The notes: generated by a model not told the origin, from the letters alone. 64,000 bases of DNA from Xanthobacteraceae bacterium (GCA_028282095.1 JANQIP010000280.1:2962-66961); one strand, 5' to 3'; counted from the first letter of the stretch, positions 24,206 to 32,639 are shown. Numbers and translations: made by a program.

Positions 24206-25194
24206 GGCGCTCCGTCCTCGACGGTCGTCAAATCGGCTATGCCCTGCTCTCGCTTTCGGCTATGTCGGCGCGCCCATTCCTCACGTGGAATTGCCCGGAC
24301 GCGAGAGAACTCACGATCTGCCTCGACGTCGGCCGAATGGCCGAGACTCTCGGCGAGGCACTCAAGCGTCACCTGTGCCTGACCGATCTCGCGCGCAGCG
24401 TCGCCCGCCGGTCGCGAATAGACACGGTCCAGGATCGCATCGATGGTCGCGCGTGCGAGACCCTGCGTTTGCGCCAGTTCGATCGCTTCTTCGATGAAGC
24501 GCGCGGCGCGTTCATCCGCGTGCCGCGCGACGCCGCCGAATGTCTCGACAGCCCACTGCAGCACCGCACTAGGCCTCGGCACGGCGCCGTAGAACGCCGC
24601 GCCGAACACCGCCAGCGCTTCCGCATCCTTATCGCCCTCGCTCCAGCCTGAGCCGCAGAACGGACAATAGGTCCATCCGGGATCGATCCCGTTGTCGCAT
24701 TCGTCGCAGCGCAGCAGCGGCACATGGGGCGTAGGGGGCGTGTCGAATGCATCGAGATGGAGGAGCACGGCATCGGCGATGACGTCGTCGGCCGCCTCGC
24801 CATGCGCGTCGCAGAACTGCGCAAGCCGGTTCCGCAGCTCGGGCGGGAGCTGCCCCCTCCCCAACCCTCCCCCGCGCCGAACGCGGGTGCTCCCGTGTTC
24901 GGCTTCGTGTCGAGTGGCCCAAGTCGGGAACACCCGACTTGGGCTGGGGGAGGGAGCTGAATGCAGCGAAGCGGGAGGGGGCGGCTCGACGAGCCGCAAC
25001 GTACGCTGTCCGTACCGCGTCCAATCGACATAGCCGCGCGCCTTCAGCCCGCCGATTAGTCTGGCCACCGTCGATTTCGACTGGCAGCCGAGTGCGCGCA
25101 TCAGCTCGGTGTAGCTTGGCGAGCAGCCGTGCTCGGCGATGTAGCTGCGAATGATAGCGAGGCAGTCGGCCTGGCGCCGCGTGAGGCCCATCAT
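24202..25194 (-). CDS. LexA-type wHTH + zinc-ribbon + MazG-like (NTP pyrophosphohydrolase-like) fusion protein
   Basis: N-terminus LTRRQADCLAIIRSYIAEHGCSPSYTELMRALGCQSKSTVARLIGGLKARGYV (LexA DNA-binding domain pattern). CDECDN...YCPFCG. C-terminus LQWAVETFG...RAARFIEEAIELAQ...QAQVTLECLAESLG. A REP insert follows the wHTH. Confidence 0.6.
   Translation of the reverse strand: MMGLTRRQADCLAIIRSYIAEHGCSPSYTELMRALGCQSKSTVARLIGGLKARGYVDWTRYGQRTLRLVEPPPPASLHSAPSPSPSRVFPTWATRHEAEHGSTRVRRGGGLGRGQLPPELRNRLAQFCDAHGEAADDVIADAVLLHLDAFDTPPTPHVPLLRCDECDNGIDPGWTYCPFCGSGWSEGDKDAEALAVFGAAFYGAVPRPSAVLQWAVETFGGVARHADERAARFIEEAIELAQTQGLARATIDAILDRVYSRPAGDAAREIGQAQVTLECLAESLGHSADVEADREFSRVRAIPREEWARRHSRKREQGIADLTTVEDGAP
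24852..24982. repeat. composite GC-rich palindromic cluster, intragenic (LexA-DBD/MazG-like ORF)
   Basis: Same unit order as 13237-13410. Confidence 0.8.
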
Positions 25195-25706
25195 GATGCG
25201 GCCTCATCGAGTTCGAACGGTTTGATTTCGAACTCTTCGCCCGCCGATCCGATCGTTATGCCTTGGACGGCCCCGGCGACTTCGGGCTCCTTGAGCATCG
25301 CGTTCTTGTCGAGCTGCTCTTCGAAGCGCGTGGCGATGAATTGGTCGAGCTTGAAGAATTTCAATCGTGCGAGAATGTTCTTGACGGTGTCGCTGAACGT
25401 CACCTTCGCGGGACGACTGCGCCAAGAGACGGTCCCGGTCTCGAATCTCGCGGTCTTGCCCTTACCGCGGGTGAGGCGCTGGCGGTGCTCTGTGCAATAG
25501 GCTTCGAGACGCTCTCGTGAGGTCTTTCTCGCCTCTTCAAGTGGCGCGATTTGCTCGGCAACACGCGCCGCGATGTTCGCGATCCTGTTGTCTCCGTCTG
25601 CCTTGATCTGTGCGATCCGCCGCTCAAGCTTTCCGACGTTGGCGATCGCCGCCGCCGCTTGCTTGTCATTCCGCACATAGGGCGGCGGCTTCGGTCTTTT
25701 CGTCAT
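25191..25706 (-). CDS. gam: Gam-like host nuclease inhibitor (Mu Gam family)
   Basis: AAAAIANVGKLERRIAQIKADGDNRIANI...GKTARFETGTVSWR... is the characteristic Mu Gam pattern. 171 aa. Confidence 0.85.
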   Translation of the reverse strand: MTKRPKPPPYVRNDKQAAAAIANVGKLERRIAQIKADGDNRIANIAARVAEQIAPLEEARKTSRERLEAYCTEHRQRLTRGKGKTARFETGTVSWRSRPAKVTFSDTVKNILARLKFFKLDQFIATRFEEQLDKNAMLKEPEVAGAVQGITIGSAGEEFEIKPFELDEAAS

Positions 25707-26427
25707 CGGTCTCCTCCTCCACCGCGTAACCGAGCGCGGCGAGCGCGCCGGCGAGCGTGTCCGTCAGGGCGCGAGCGCTGTCGGCAAGCGCCGCTGCTTC
25801 TTCCGCCGCGCGCCGCTCGACTCCCTCCCCCGCACCGAACACGGGTGTTCCCGTGTTCGGCCCGACTTGGGCTGGAGGAGGGTTGGGGAGGGGGCGCTGC
25901 GCGCGCTCCATTGCGTCGACGGTGCTGAGCAGCCGGTAGGCGGTGGCGGCGATCTCCTCCAGCGCCAGCACGCGATCGGCCATGGCGACGATGGCGTCGA
26001 CCGATATGCCGAGCGCTTCGCGATTGGGATTGCGCATGATCTTTTCTGCGGCGGCGACGGCATCGGCGTCGCGATAGCGCGCGCCTTCTGTCGTGGCTGC
26101 GAGCGCGATCACGGCCTCGCGCGCCTCCGCCACCCGCGCGGCGAATGCAGGGTCAGCGGCGACCAATCTGTGCCCCGAGTCGAGGCCATGTTTGATTGTG
26201 GAGTGCTCGCGGTTGCCGAGCAGGCGCCCGATCGCACTGGTCGTCAGGGCTGTTTGCTCGCGCGCGAGCAGATAGACGACCCGGCGCGCGTCGACCAATC
26301 GGCCCTCGCGGCGGCCGGACAACAGCACGTGGCGGTCTATGCCCCACTGACTGGCGACCACGCGCACGATCAGCGCGACCGGGACTCGCACCGGCGGCTG
26401 GCGGCTCTCCGCAAGTGCGCCGCTCAT
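25666..26427 (-). CDS. DnaA C-terminal-domain-like HTH protein
   Basis: IVRVVASQWGIDRHVLLSGRREGRLVDARRVVYLLAREQTALTTSAIGRLLGNREHSTIKHGL resembles DnaA domain IV. ATGA overlap with the MuB stop. REP insert in the C-terminal half. Confidence 0.55.
   Translation of the reverse strand: MSGALAESRQPPVRVPVALIVRVVASQWGIDRHVLLSGRREGRLVDARRVVYLLAREQTALTTSAIGRLLGNREHSTIKHGLDSGHRLVAADPAFAARVAEAREAVIALAATTEGARYRDADAVAAAEKIMRNPNREALGISVDAIVAMADRVLALEEIAATAYRLLSTVDAMERAQRPLPNPPPAQVGPNTGTPVFGAGEGVERRAAEEAAALADSARALTDTLAGALAALGYAVEEETDDEKTEAAALCAE
25812..25894. repeat. GC-rich palindromic cluster, intragenic (DnaA-C-like ORF)
   Basis: ccctcccccgcaccgaacacgggtgttcccgtgttcggcccgacttgggc.... Confidence 0.8.
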
Positions 26428-27476
26428 CGCGCGCCCCCATTATGCCGGCGCCCGAGGTCGGGCAGGTCGCCGCCGCGATTCTCCCACGCCGCGCGCACCG
26501 CATCGGCGGTGAGCGGCAGCTCGTCGCCGGCGGCGAGCATCTGCGCCAGGACGAGCGTTTCCCTGATTTGGCCGAGCGCGCCGGGCTTCTTGCCGATCGC
26601 GCGGGCGAGCGCCACCACTTCGGCGTCGACAATCCCCCAGGCCGCGACATAGGTGTCGATGTCGCTCTGCAGCGGTGCCGTCCGATGCAGCCGCATCGAG
26701 AACCGGCGATGGAGCTGCGCGTATCCCGCCTTCGGTTCGTGCCCGCCAAACCGTCCATACAGTTCGTCATTGCCGAGCAGCACGATGCCGACGCTGTACT
26801 CGTCGTGCCAATAGCGGAGTTGGTTGACGGCGCTGTCGACGAGGTTCTGCGCCTCGTCGACGATCAGCAGGCATTGCCGCCCATTGCGCTTGAGGCGCTC
26901 GCCGATCGCTCGGTCCATCCGCGCGGGATTGCGTTCGGTGACATTCAGCGCCGTGCCGATATCGGCCAGCATCGCGCGCGTCGACGCCGTGGTCGGTCGC
27001 ATGGTGCACAGTGTCGTGTGCGGGCGCGTCGCCGCATAGTGACGGGCGGTAGCGGTCTTGCCGAGGCCGGGGCCGAGAACGACAAGCCCCATGCACGGTA
27101 GTGCTTGGGCGTAGGTGAAGAGGTCCACCAGCTCGTCGGCGGTTGGCGTCCTCACAAAATCCGGGATGGCGATATGGATGCGGAAGCGCGCCTGCTCGTC
27201 GAGTGAATCGAGCCAGCGCTCGACGCGCGCCGTCTGGTTTTTGATGACGCCGCCGTACGTCCCGTCATACCAGGGCGAGAATGTGCCGTCCGGGATGCCG
27301 GCGCGGCGCGCAACATCGGCCTTGGACCATCCTTTGCGCTCGGCGACGTCTTGCACCCGCTGGACGGTGCTGCGCCAGCGTTCGAGGTCGGCGGCTCCCA
27401 GACGGTCCGGCTCCTTGCGCGGCGGTGCCCACTCTCCGTTCTTTTTCGGCGCATCGTGATTCTGCACGTCGGTCAT
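26424..27476 (-). CDS. MuB-like AAA+ DNA transposition protein
   Basis: LVVLGPGLGKTATARHYAA (Walker A) and LLIVDEAQNL (Walker B). Directly downstream of the transposase. Confidence 0.85.
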   Translation of the reverse strand: MTDVQNHDAPKKNGEWAPPRKEPDRLGAADLERWRSTVQRVQDVAERKGWSKADVARRAGIPDGTFSPWYDGTYGGVIKNQTARVERWLDSLDEQARFRIHIAIPDFVRTPTADELVDLFTYAQALPCMGLVVLGPGLGKTATARHYAATRPHTTLCTMRPTTASTRAMLADIGTALNVTERNPARMDRAIGERLKRNGRQCLLIVDEAQNLVDSAVNQLRYWHDEYSVGIVLLGNDELYGRFGGHEPKAGYAQLHRRFSMRLHRTAPLQSDIDTYVAAWGIVDAEVVALARAIGKKPGALGQIRETLVLAQMLAAGDELPLTADAVRAAWENRGGDLPDLGRRHNGGAR

Positions 27477-29416
27477 GAGTCCTCCCCCCGCCGGCGGAAC
27501 GGCAGCACGTCGGCGTCACCGTCCTCGATCGCGCGCACGGCGCGCCCGAACGCTTCGGCGCCCGCCCACACCTGTTCGTCTTCCGGCTCGGCTTCGACTG
27601 CGCGCGTGGTGCGCCCGCCGGCGGCGACCAGGCGCACGGCCGCGGGCCGAGGCGGTGGCGCCTGCTCGGGTGGCGGCAGCATGCCGGCGAGATCGTCGAC
27701 CGAGAGCGCGAGCTCGCGGTCGCGCAGCTCGCGCAGCGCGCGCAGATAGTCGTTGCGCTTGCGCGCATGCGCGCGCCCGGCCTCTATGTCCGGGAATCCG
27801 GTACGCTCCAGGCACGGCGCCTCGCACACGAATCTGCCGTCGAGCGAATAGACCGCCACCGGCTCGAACAGCGCCGCGGGGTCGAAACGCACGGTCACGC
27901 GACGGCCGACGAGATCGCCCAGCGCCGCGTGCCAGTAGCGGTTCTGCGCGAGCCAGACCGAGCCGTCGGGTTTGCGGCAGGTGGTGCCGTCGGCGGCCAG
28001 CAGCAGCTCGCGAAGCTGCTCGGGGCTCGCGCGGCGGACCAGCGAACGCTCGTACGACTCCCGGAATGTCTGTTCAAAGCTGCGCCCGCGCGCGGTCGCG
28101 CTGGTGCGCCCCTCGCGCCGGTTATGCCGCGCGATCTGCTCGCCGACATGCGTTTCGAATTCCTCGATCGGAATCGCGCGCTGCCCGTAATTGTCGGGCT
28201 TGTGCTGCGGCGATCGCCCGGTATAGGCGCCGGCACAGGCGGGATGCCGCGCGATGTTTTCGGCGAGGTCGCGGAAGGCGCGTTCAACGGGCTTGGCCTG
28301 TCCGTGATAGGGGGTGACCCAACGGACCTGCACGCCGAGTCGGGTCAGTACGCCTTCGGGCTCCTCGGCGCGCACCTTGAATTTGTAGCGCGTCTTCGAT
28401 CCGCCGCTGATCCACTTGGATGCAAAGGCGCGGCCGTTGTCCATATAGGCGATCTCGGGAATCCCGTAGCTCGTCACCATGTCGGCGAGCGCGAGCCGCA
28501 CCGCGTGCCAGTTCTCTGTGCGATCGAGCCGCCAGCCGACGATCATGCCCGAGTAGACATCCTGGATCGCAAGGAGGGTCGGCCGCTCGACCTTGCCGTC
28601 CGCCATCCGCACGAACACGTCGAGCGTATGCCCGTCGGCATTGACCGCCTGCATCGCGTGGAACACCGAGCGGTCGCGCTGCTGCGCCGGATAGGTGCGT
28701 TTGGCAGCGTCGACGCCCTCGCGCGCCAGCACGCGGGCGGCGCGCGGAATCTCCCGCTCAAGGCGCCGTCGAAGGGTCTTTTGGGACGGTATGGGGCCCC
28801 AGCCCTGTGCCGGCGCTGCTTCCTCGACGAGGCGTCGGTAGCAGGCATCGAATGCCGGCTCCTCGCGTCGTAGGTAGTCGCGGATGAGAAATTGCCAGGC
28901 GCGATCGTCGCATTCCGCCGTCGCCGTCCGTCCGGCATGGCGCGGGGCGAGCGCCGCGAGTCGATGCTCGCGCGCAACGCCCGTCGCGCACCGGTGCCAG
29001 GTCCACACCGTCGATGCGGAGACGCCCGCCTCTCGGGCGGCGAGCGGGACGGCGGCGCGCAGCGGCATCGCCTGGCCGAGCAGCTCGATGCGCTCGATGA
29101 CGGACAAGCGTCGCAGCGCCTCGTCCTTGGCCTTGGCCGGGAGCCGCGCATAGCGGTCCCACTCGGCTTGCGCGCGCACCTGTGCGGGATCGGGCTGCGC
29201 GGCCTGCTGCTGCGCGAGCCAGCGCGCCTGCGTCTCGGCCGGCAGGCGTGAGACGTGGTATTCCCAGCCGCCGCCGCGGCCCTCGCGCTCGCGCGCGCGC
29301 CGGGGATCATCGCGCCAGTCCTCGCGCTCGATGACGAGGGCGAGGCCCTTCTCGCTCGCCGGCAGCGCCGGTGAGCCCAATGCGACGATTTCGGCGACGG
29401 TGAGCCACTCGCGCAT
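27473..29416 (-). CDS. MuA-like DDE transposase
   Basis: 647 aa. N-terminal Mu-type DNA-binding region (MREWLTVAEIVALGSP...). rve-like core (LDVFV...LAIQDVYSGMIVGW...IAYMDNGRAFAS...HGQAKPVERAF). Confidence 0.9.
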   Translation of the reverse strand: MREWLTVAEIVALGSPALPASEKGLALVIEREDWRDDPRRAREREGRGGGWEYHVSRLPAETQARWLAQQQAAQPDPAQVRAQAEWDRYARLPAKAKDEALRRLSVIERIELLGQAMPLRAAVPLAAREAGVSASTVWTWHRCATGVAREHRLAALAPRHAGRTATAECDDRAWQFLIRDYLRREEPAFDACYRRLVEEAAPAQGWGPIPSQKTLRRRLEREIPRAARVLAREGVDAAKRTYPAQQRDRSVFHAMQAVNADGHTLDVFVRMADGKVERPTLLAIQDVYSGMIVGWRLDRTENWHAVRLALADMVTSYGIPEIAYMDNGRAFASKWISGGSKTRYKFKVRAEEPEGVLTRLGVQVRWVTPYHGQAKPVERAFRDLAENIARHPACAGAYTGRSPQHKPDNYGQRAIPIEEFETHVGEQIARHNRREGRTSATARGRSFEQTFRESYERSLVRRASPEQLRELLLAADGTTCRKPDGSVWLAQNRYWHAALGDLVGRRVTVRFDPAALFEPVAVYSLDGRFVCEAPCLERTGFPDIEAGRAHARKRNDYLRALRELRDRELALSVDDLAGMLPPPEQAPPPRPAAVRLVAAGGRTTRAVEAEPEDEQVWAGAEAFGRAVRAIEDGDADVLPFRRRGEDS

Positions 29417-29943
29417 CAGCGGCCCTTTCGCATCTTGGCCGCCAGATCACCCGGTCCGCGGGGCGAGCGCAGCGAGCCTCGCGGCGGGCGACGCTTCAGC
29501 TCACGCTCCAGCGTGCGGATCATCTCGTCGAGTTGGCCGCGGCGTTGGCGCAGCGCACCGAGCTGGGCAAAATTCGCGTCCTCGCCGGCAATGACGATCA
29601 GGCCCTCGTCCTCGACCAGGACGTCCCACAGCCATGGCGCCTCGACCGCGCGGACGAAAGCCACGAACCGGCTGAGGCTGATCTCGTGTTCAGGCTTGGA
29701 CGCCGCGGTGTAGCTGTAGAGCGCGTCGGCGGTGATCTCGCGTCCGAGCATCTCGGACATGCGGGCGGCGACGACTGTCGCGTTGTCGGGACAATCCTTG
29801 AGCGCCTGCCCCATCGCCGTTTTGATGCGCAGCGAGAGGTCCGGCGAGCGCATCCGCTCGCCGCGCCGCCGCACCGGAAAGAGCACGGCGTCGTCGAACA
29901 GGTTGCCCTGGCCCGGATCGGATTTTTTGCGGTCCGCGCCCAC
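29416..29943 (-). CDS. hypothetical early protein
   Basis: 175 aa. Its stop overlaps the MuA ATG by 1 nt (TGATG). Confidence 0.45.
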   Translation of the reverse strand: MGADRKKSDPGQGNLFDDAVLFPVRRRGERMRSPDLSLRIKTAMGQALKDCPDNATVVAARMSEMLGREITADALYSYTAASKPEHEISLSRFVAFVRAVEAPWLWDVLVEDEGLIVIAGEDANFAQLGALRQRRGQLDEMIRTLERELKRRPPRGSLRSPRGPGDLAAKMRKGR

Positions 29944-29956
29944 TGATCATCACCGA

Positions 29957-30577
29957 TCAGTGTTGCGCGGGCGCAGCGCCGCGCGTCTTGCGGCGCGACA
30001 CCGAGGCGACTGTATCGCGGGCGACCGTCGGATCGACCCCGGCATGATCGAGCATGCGCCGGCGCGTGCGCGGCGCGGCCGCCGCCCACGTCGCGACAAA
30101 TGATTGGAACAGCCGCTCCTGCGGATCGCCTACGAGGAGCAGGCCGAGACCAACCATCGTCTCGTTGAATCGCGCGCGCGCCTGGAGTTCCCTGATCACC
30201 GCGGCGCGATCATTGCCGGTGAGGGCTGCGACGGTGCGCAGCGCCGCCGCATTGTCGGCGATCAGGCTGCCCCGCAGCGCCTCGACTTCGGCGGGCTCGA
30301 ACGCCTCGCCGAGCGCGACGGCGAGCTGAACAGCGCGCTCGGACAGGTTCAGCGCGTGCGCGGCGTCTGAACAAAACGAAATTGTTTGCGTCTTGATTTT
30401 TGCCCGGCGTGACGCGGACTTACGGTCGCCGCCATGTCGCGTCTCGGGATGAAGCGACTCATAGATGCGCTTACGCTCCGCTAGCAGCACCGCGAAATCG
30501 AGCGCGACCGGGCCATGGGTCAGCAGCTTTGCGTCGATCTCCGCCATGCGGCGGGCGAGGGCGTCGCTCTCCGTCAT
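29957..30577 (-). CDS. hypothetical early protein with HPETRHGGDRKS motif
   Basis: Start MTESDALARR at 30577 with GAGGAGGGG RBS and ATGA overlap. The motif is common in ParB-associated phage/plasmid proteins. Confidence 0.45.
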   Translation of the reverse strand: MTESDALARRMAEIDAKLLTHGPVALDFAVLLAERKRIYESLHPETRHGGDRKSASRRAKIKTQTISFCSDAAHALNLSERAVQLAVALGEAFEPAEVEALRGSLIADNAAALRTVAALTGNDRAAVIRELQARARFNETMVGLGLLLVGDPQERLFQSFVATWAAAAPRTRRRMLDHAGVDPTVARDTVASVSRRKTRGAAPAQH

Positions 30578-30990
30578 GCGCCCCTCCTCTGCTCGCGCGC
30601 GAGCCGCTCGCAGGCGCAATCCTCAAGCCGGACGGCATGGCTGACGGCGCGGTAGGGGTTGGCCGAGAACCGGCCGCAGTCGGGCCAGCTACAGGCCACC
30701 AGGTGCTCGGGCTCAGGCTCGGGCCTCCGGCCGATGAGGCTGCGGAGGGCGGTACCGATCATGCGCGCGCTCCGTCGCAATAGGTGGCCGGGCGGACGGG
30801 GCGAGGGTGGGTTTCCGCCGCCCGGCCGATCCGTCGCGTGGCTGTGGTCGGACCGCGCGACGAACGCCGAGATATCGTTGAGTGTGGTGGCCGGGCGGAC
30901 GGTGCGGGCGCCCGCCCGGCCTGTGCGTAGCGCCGAAGCCTTCGAGCGCGCGACGAACTCAAACAGCTTGCGGAGGGCGGCACCGATCAT
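30574..30990 (-). CDS. hypothetical Cys-containing early protein with internally duplicated start module
   Basis: ATGA overlaps at both ends. MIGAALRKLF... and the internal MIGTALRSLIGRRPEPEPEHLVACSWPDCGRF... The true product may be only the 62-aa distal part (30574..30762). Confidence 0.35.
   Translation of the reverse strand: MIGAALRKLFEFVARSKASALRTGRAGARTVRPATTLNDISAFVARSDHSHATDRPGGGNPPSPRPPGHLLRRSARMIGTALRSLIGRRPEPEPEHLVACSWPDCGRFSANPYRAVSHAVRLEDCACERLAREQRRGA
30786..30827 (-). repeat. GGCCGGGCGG...CCGCCCGGCC hairpin, copy 1 (early operon)
   Basis: Inverted repeat read directly from the sequence. Confidence 0.7.
30889..30921 (-). repeat. GGCCGGGCGG...CCGCCCGGCC hairpin, copy 2
   Basis: ggccgggcggacggtgcgggcgcccgcccggcc. 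Confidence 0.7.
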
Positions 30991-31490
30991 ATGCACCCTC
31001 CATCGAAATAGGTGGCCGGGCGGATGGTCCGCGCATCCGCCCGGCCTGCGCTGCGCGCGGCCGTCGAAGGAAAACCGCACGCAACGGATGGAGGAGGATC
31101 GGCGGCGATGGCGTCGAGGATCGCGGCCTTCGAGGCCGACGACATCCGGTAGCCCTCGCCATAAACGGTCTCGATGGTCGCGCTTGGACAGAGCCTCGCG
31201 ATTCTCTGCCGCAAATAACTGATCTGCGGGGCGACAATCGTCTCTTGCGAGACTGGCTCGGCGTTCCGGGCGCTCGCTACATGCAACGCCGCTTTCTTCA
31301 CCGCCAATGGTGCATGCCGCATCAAGAGCGTGAGCATCCTCTTCTGCGCGCCGGTTAACTGCCACGCGCGCGGGAACGGCTCTGGGACAGGGCGACACAG
31401 CTCGTCGACATGCCGCAGCCGCTCGCGCAGCTCGTCGTTTTCCGCGCGCAGCCGCGCGATTTCGGCCAGCAGTGAGTCGCCCGGCCTCAT
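30987..31490 (-). CDS. OmpR/PhoB-type winged-helix DNA-binding protein
   Basis: LTGAQKRMLTLLMRH...ISYLRQRIARL...IETVYGEGYRM resembles Trans_reg_C. N-terminal coiled coil. ATGA overlap upstream. Confidence 0.55.
   Translation of the reverse strand: MRPGDSLLAEIARLRAENDELRERLRHVDELCRPVPEPFPRAWQLTGAQKRMLTLLMRHAPLAVKKAALHVASARNAEPVSQETIVAPQISYLRQRIARLCPSATIETVYGEGYRMSSASKAAILDAIAADPPPSVACGFPSTAARSAGRADARTIRPATYFDGGCI
31024..31056 (-). repeat. GGCCGGGCGG...CCGCCCGGCC hairpin, copy 3
   Basis: ggccgggcggatggtccgcgcatccgcccggcc, inside the 3' end of the wHTH gene. Confidence 0.7.
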
Positions 31491-31783
31491 TTGCGCGGCC
31501 TCCGGCGACGACGCGGAGGCAGGCTGCAGCGCATGCGGCGCGGCGGCAGGCTGCAGCGCATCACCAGGGCCGCGAGCAGCAGCTTGTCGGCGAGATCGAT
31601 GAGCCCGCGCGCGGCAAGCTGATCGCGCACACGATGGATGTCGTCATGCGCGCCCCACAGTTGCTCGTCTTTCGCGCGCCGTGGATCGAACGCGCGGTCT
31701 ATCGCACGCAACTGCCGGCGCAGCTCGCGTGCCAGCTCGCCATAGAGGGGTCGCGCCTCGCGCGTGTGACCGCGCGCCGTCAC
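31487..31783 (-). CDS. hypothetical early protein (GTG start) with 27-bp tandem duplication
   Basis: Own translation: VTARGHTREARPLYGELARELRRQLRAIDRAF...VMRCSLPPRRMRCSLPPRRRRRPRK. GTGA and ATGA overlaps with the flanking genes. Confidence 0.35.
   Translation of the reverse strand: MTARGHTREARPLYGELARELRRQLRAIDRAFDPRRAKDEQLWGAHDDIHRVRDQLAARGLIDLADKLLLAALVMRCSLPPRRMRCSLPPRRRRRPRK
31508..31561 (-). repeat. 27-bp in-frame tandem duplication (MRCSLPPRR x2)
   Basis: gcggaggcaggctgcagcgcat / gcggcggcaggctgcagcgcat with a 27-nt period. Confidence 0.75.
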
Positions 31784-32193
31784 GGCTGCCCCCCCTCTTG
31801 CTCCTGCCGTGCGATCACGCGGCGCATCCGCCGCTCGAATTCGGGCGACGTGCTCGGCGGCGAGGTGCTCGGTCGCGGATAGGCGCAGGCGCCCGTCGCT
31901 CTCCTGATCTCGGCCGCGACCGCGTCGCGCCAGGCTTTGGCTTCGGCGCTCGCCCGCCCGTGGCCGATGTCGTAGCCGAGCGCATAGCCGATCGCCGCCA
32001 CGCACAGCACGGTCACCACCACCGCGAACCCGATGACGGACGCAAGCGGCTCGACCGGCATTTCGGCAGCCATGTCTGCAACGACCGGGAGGGAGGGCTC
32101 GGCATCGCGCAGCTCGCGCAAGCGCTGCAGATAGGCGTTGCGCGCCTCGACATGGGCGCGGGCGGCGGCGGCATCGGCAAAGCTCACCGGCAT
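31780..32193 (-). CDS. single-pass membrane protein (early)
   Basis: Start MPVSFADAAAARAH at 32193, 2 nt after the Ner-like stop. TM segment VIGFAVVVTVLCVAAIGYALGY. Confidence 0.4.
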   Translation of the reverse strand: MPVSFADAAAARAHVEARNAYLQRLRELRDAEPSLPVVADMAAEMPVEPLASVIGFAVVVTVLCVAAIGYALGYDIGHGRASAEAKAWRDAVAAEIRRATGACAYPRPSTSPPSTSPEFERRMRRVIARQEQEGGQP

Positions 32194-32195
32194 GT

Positions 32196-32531
32196 CTAAA
32201 CCCTCCGTCGCTTTGGACTGGATCGCCGGCGGTGGCCCGCGCATGGTGCGCGCGGCACGGACAGCGAGGGGATGACCGATGGTGCGGACGGCGGATAGCG
32301 CTCCGGCCACAGTTCCGCGGGCGCAACACCGAGGGCGGCGGCGATCGCCGCCTCGCCCGCGTAATGGCGGCGGAGCAGCGCGACCCTGGTGGCCGACGGC
32401 TCAAGGCCTGCGACGCGCGCCACGCCCAGGAGCGTGAGGCCTCGACGGCCAAGCTCGGACTTGATTGCGTGTTTGTCCCACCGGGTTACCGGCGGCGGCG
32501 CATGCCCGGCGGGCGCTGCTGCAGCAACCAT
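32196..32531 (-). CDS. ner: Ner-like (Nlp family) DNA-binding early regulator
   Basis: WDKHAIKSELGRRGLTLLGVARVAGLEPSATRVALLRRHYAGEAAIAAALGVAPAELWPERY matches the Ner/Nlp pattern. First gene of the early operon, divergent from the repressor. Confidence 0.8.
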   Translation of the reverse strand: MVAAAAPAGHAPPPVTRWDKHAIKSELGRRGLTLLGVARVAGLEPSATRVALLRRHYAGEAAIAAALGVAPAELWPERYPPSAPSVIPSLSVPRAPCAGHRRRSSPKRRRV

Positions 32532-32578
32532 TGATAAGCCCTTGACTCCCGGCCATGCCGGCCGGCTTTAGGGAGTCC

Positions 32579-32639
32579 ATAATCACGTATGTGAAGAGGA
32601 ATAATCACTCACGTGAATAATGTCAAGACGATTTATCAC
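32579..32639. promoter_or_regulatory. candidate operator repeats in the repressor/ner divergent control region
   Basis: ATAATCAC at 32579-32586 and 32601-32608; TTTATCAC at 32632-32639. On the minus strand a perfect TTGACA (32621-32626) plus a 17-nt spacer plus TATTCC could be the early promoter, overlapped by the repeats. Confidence 0.45.
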
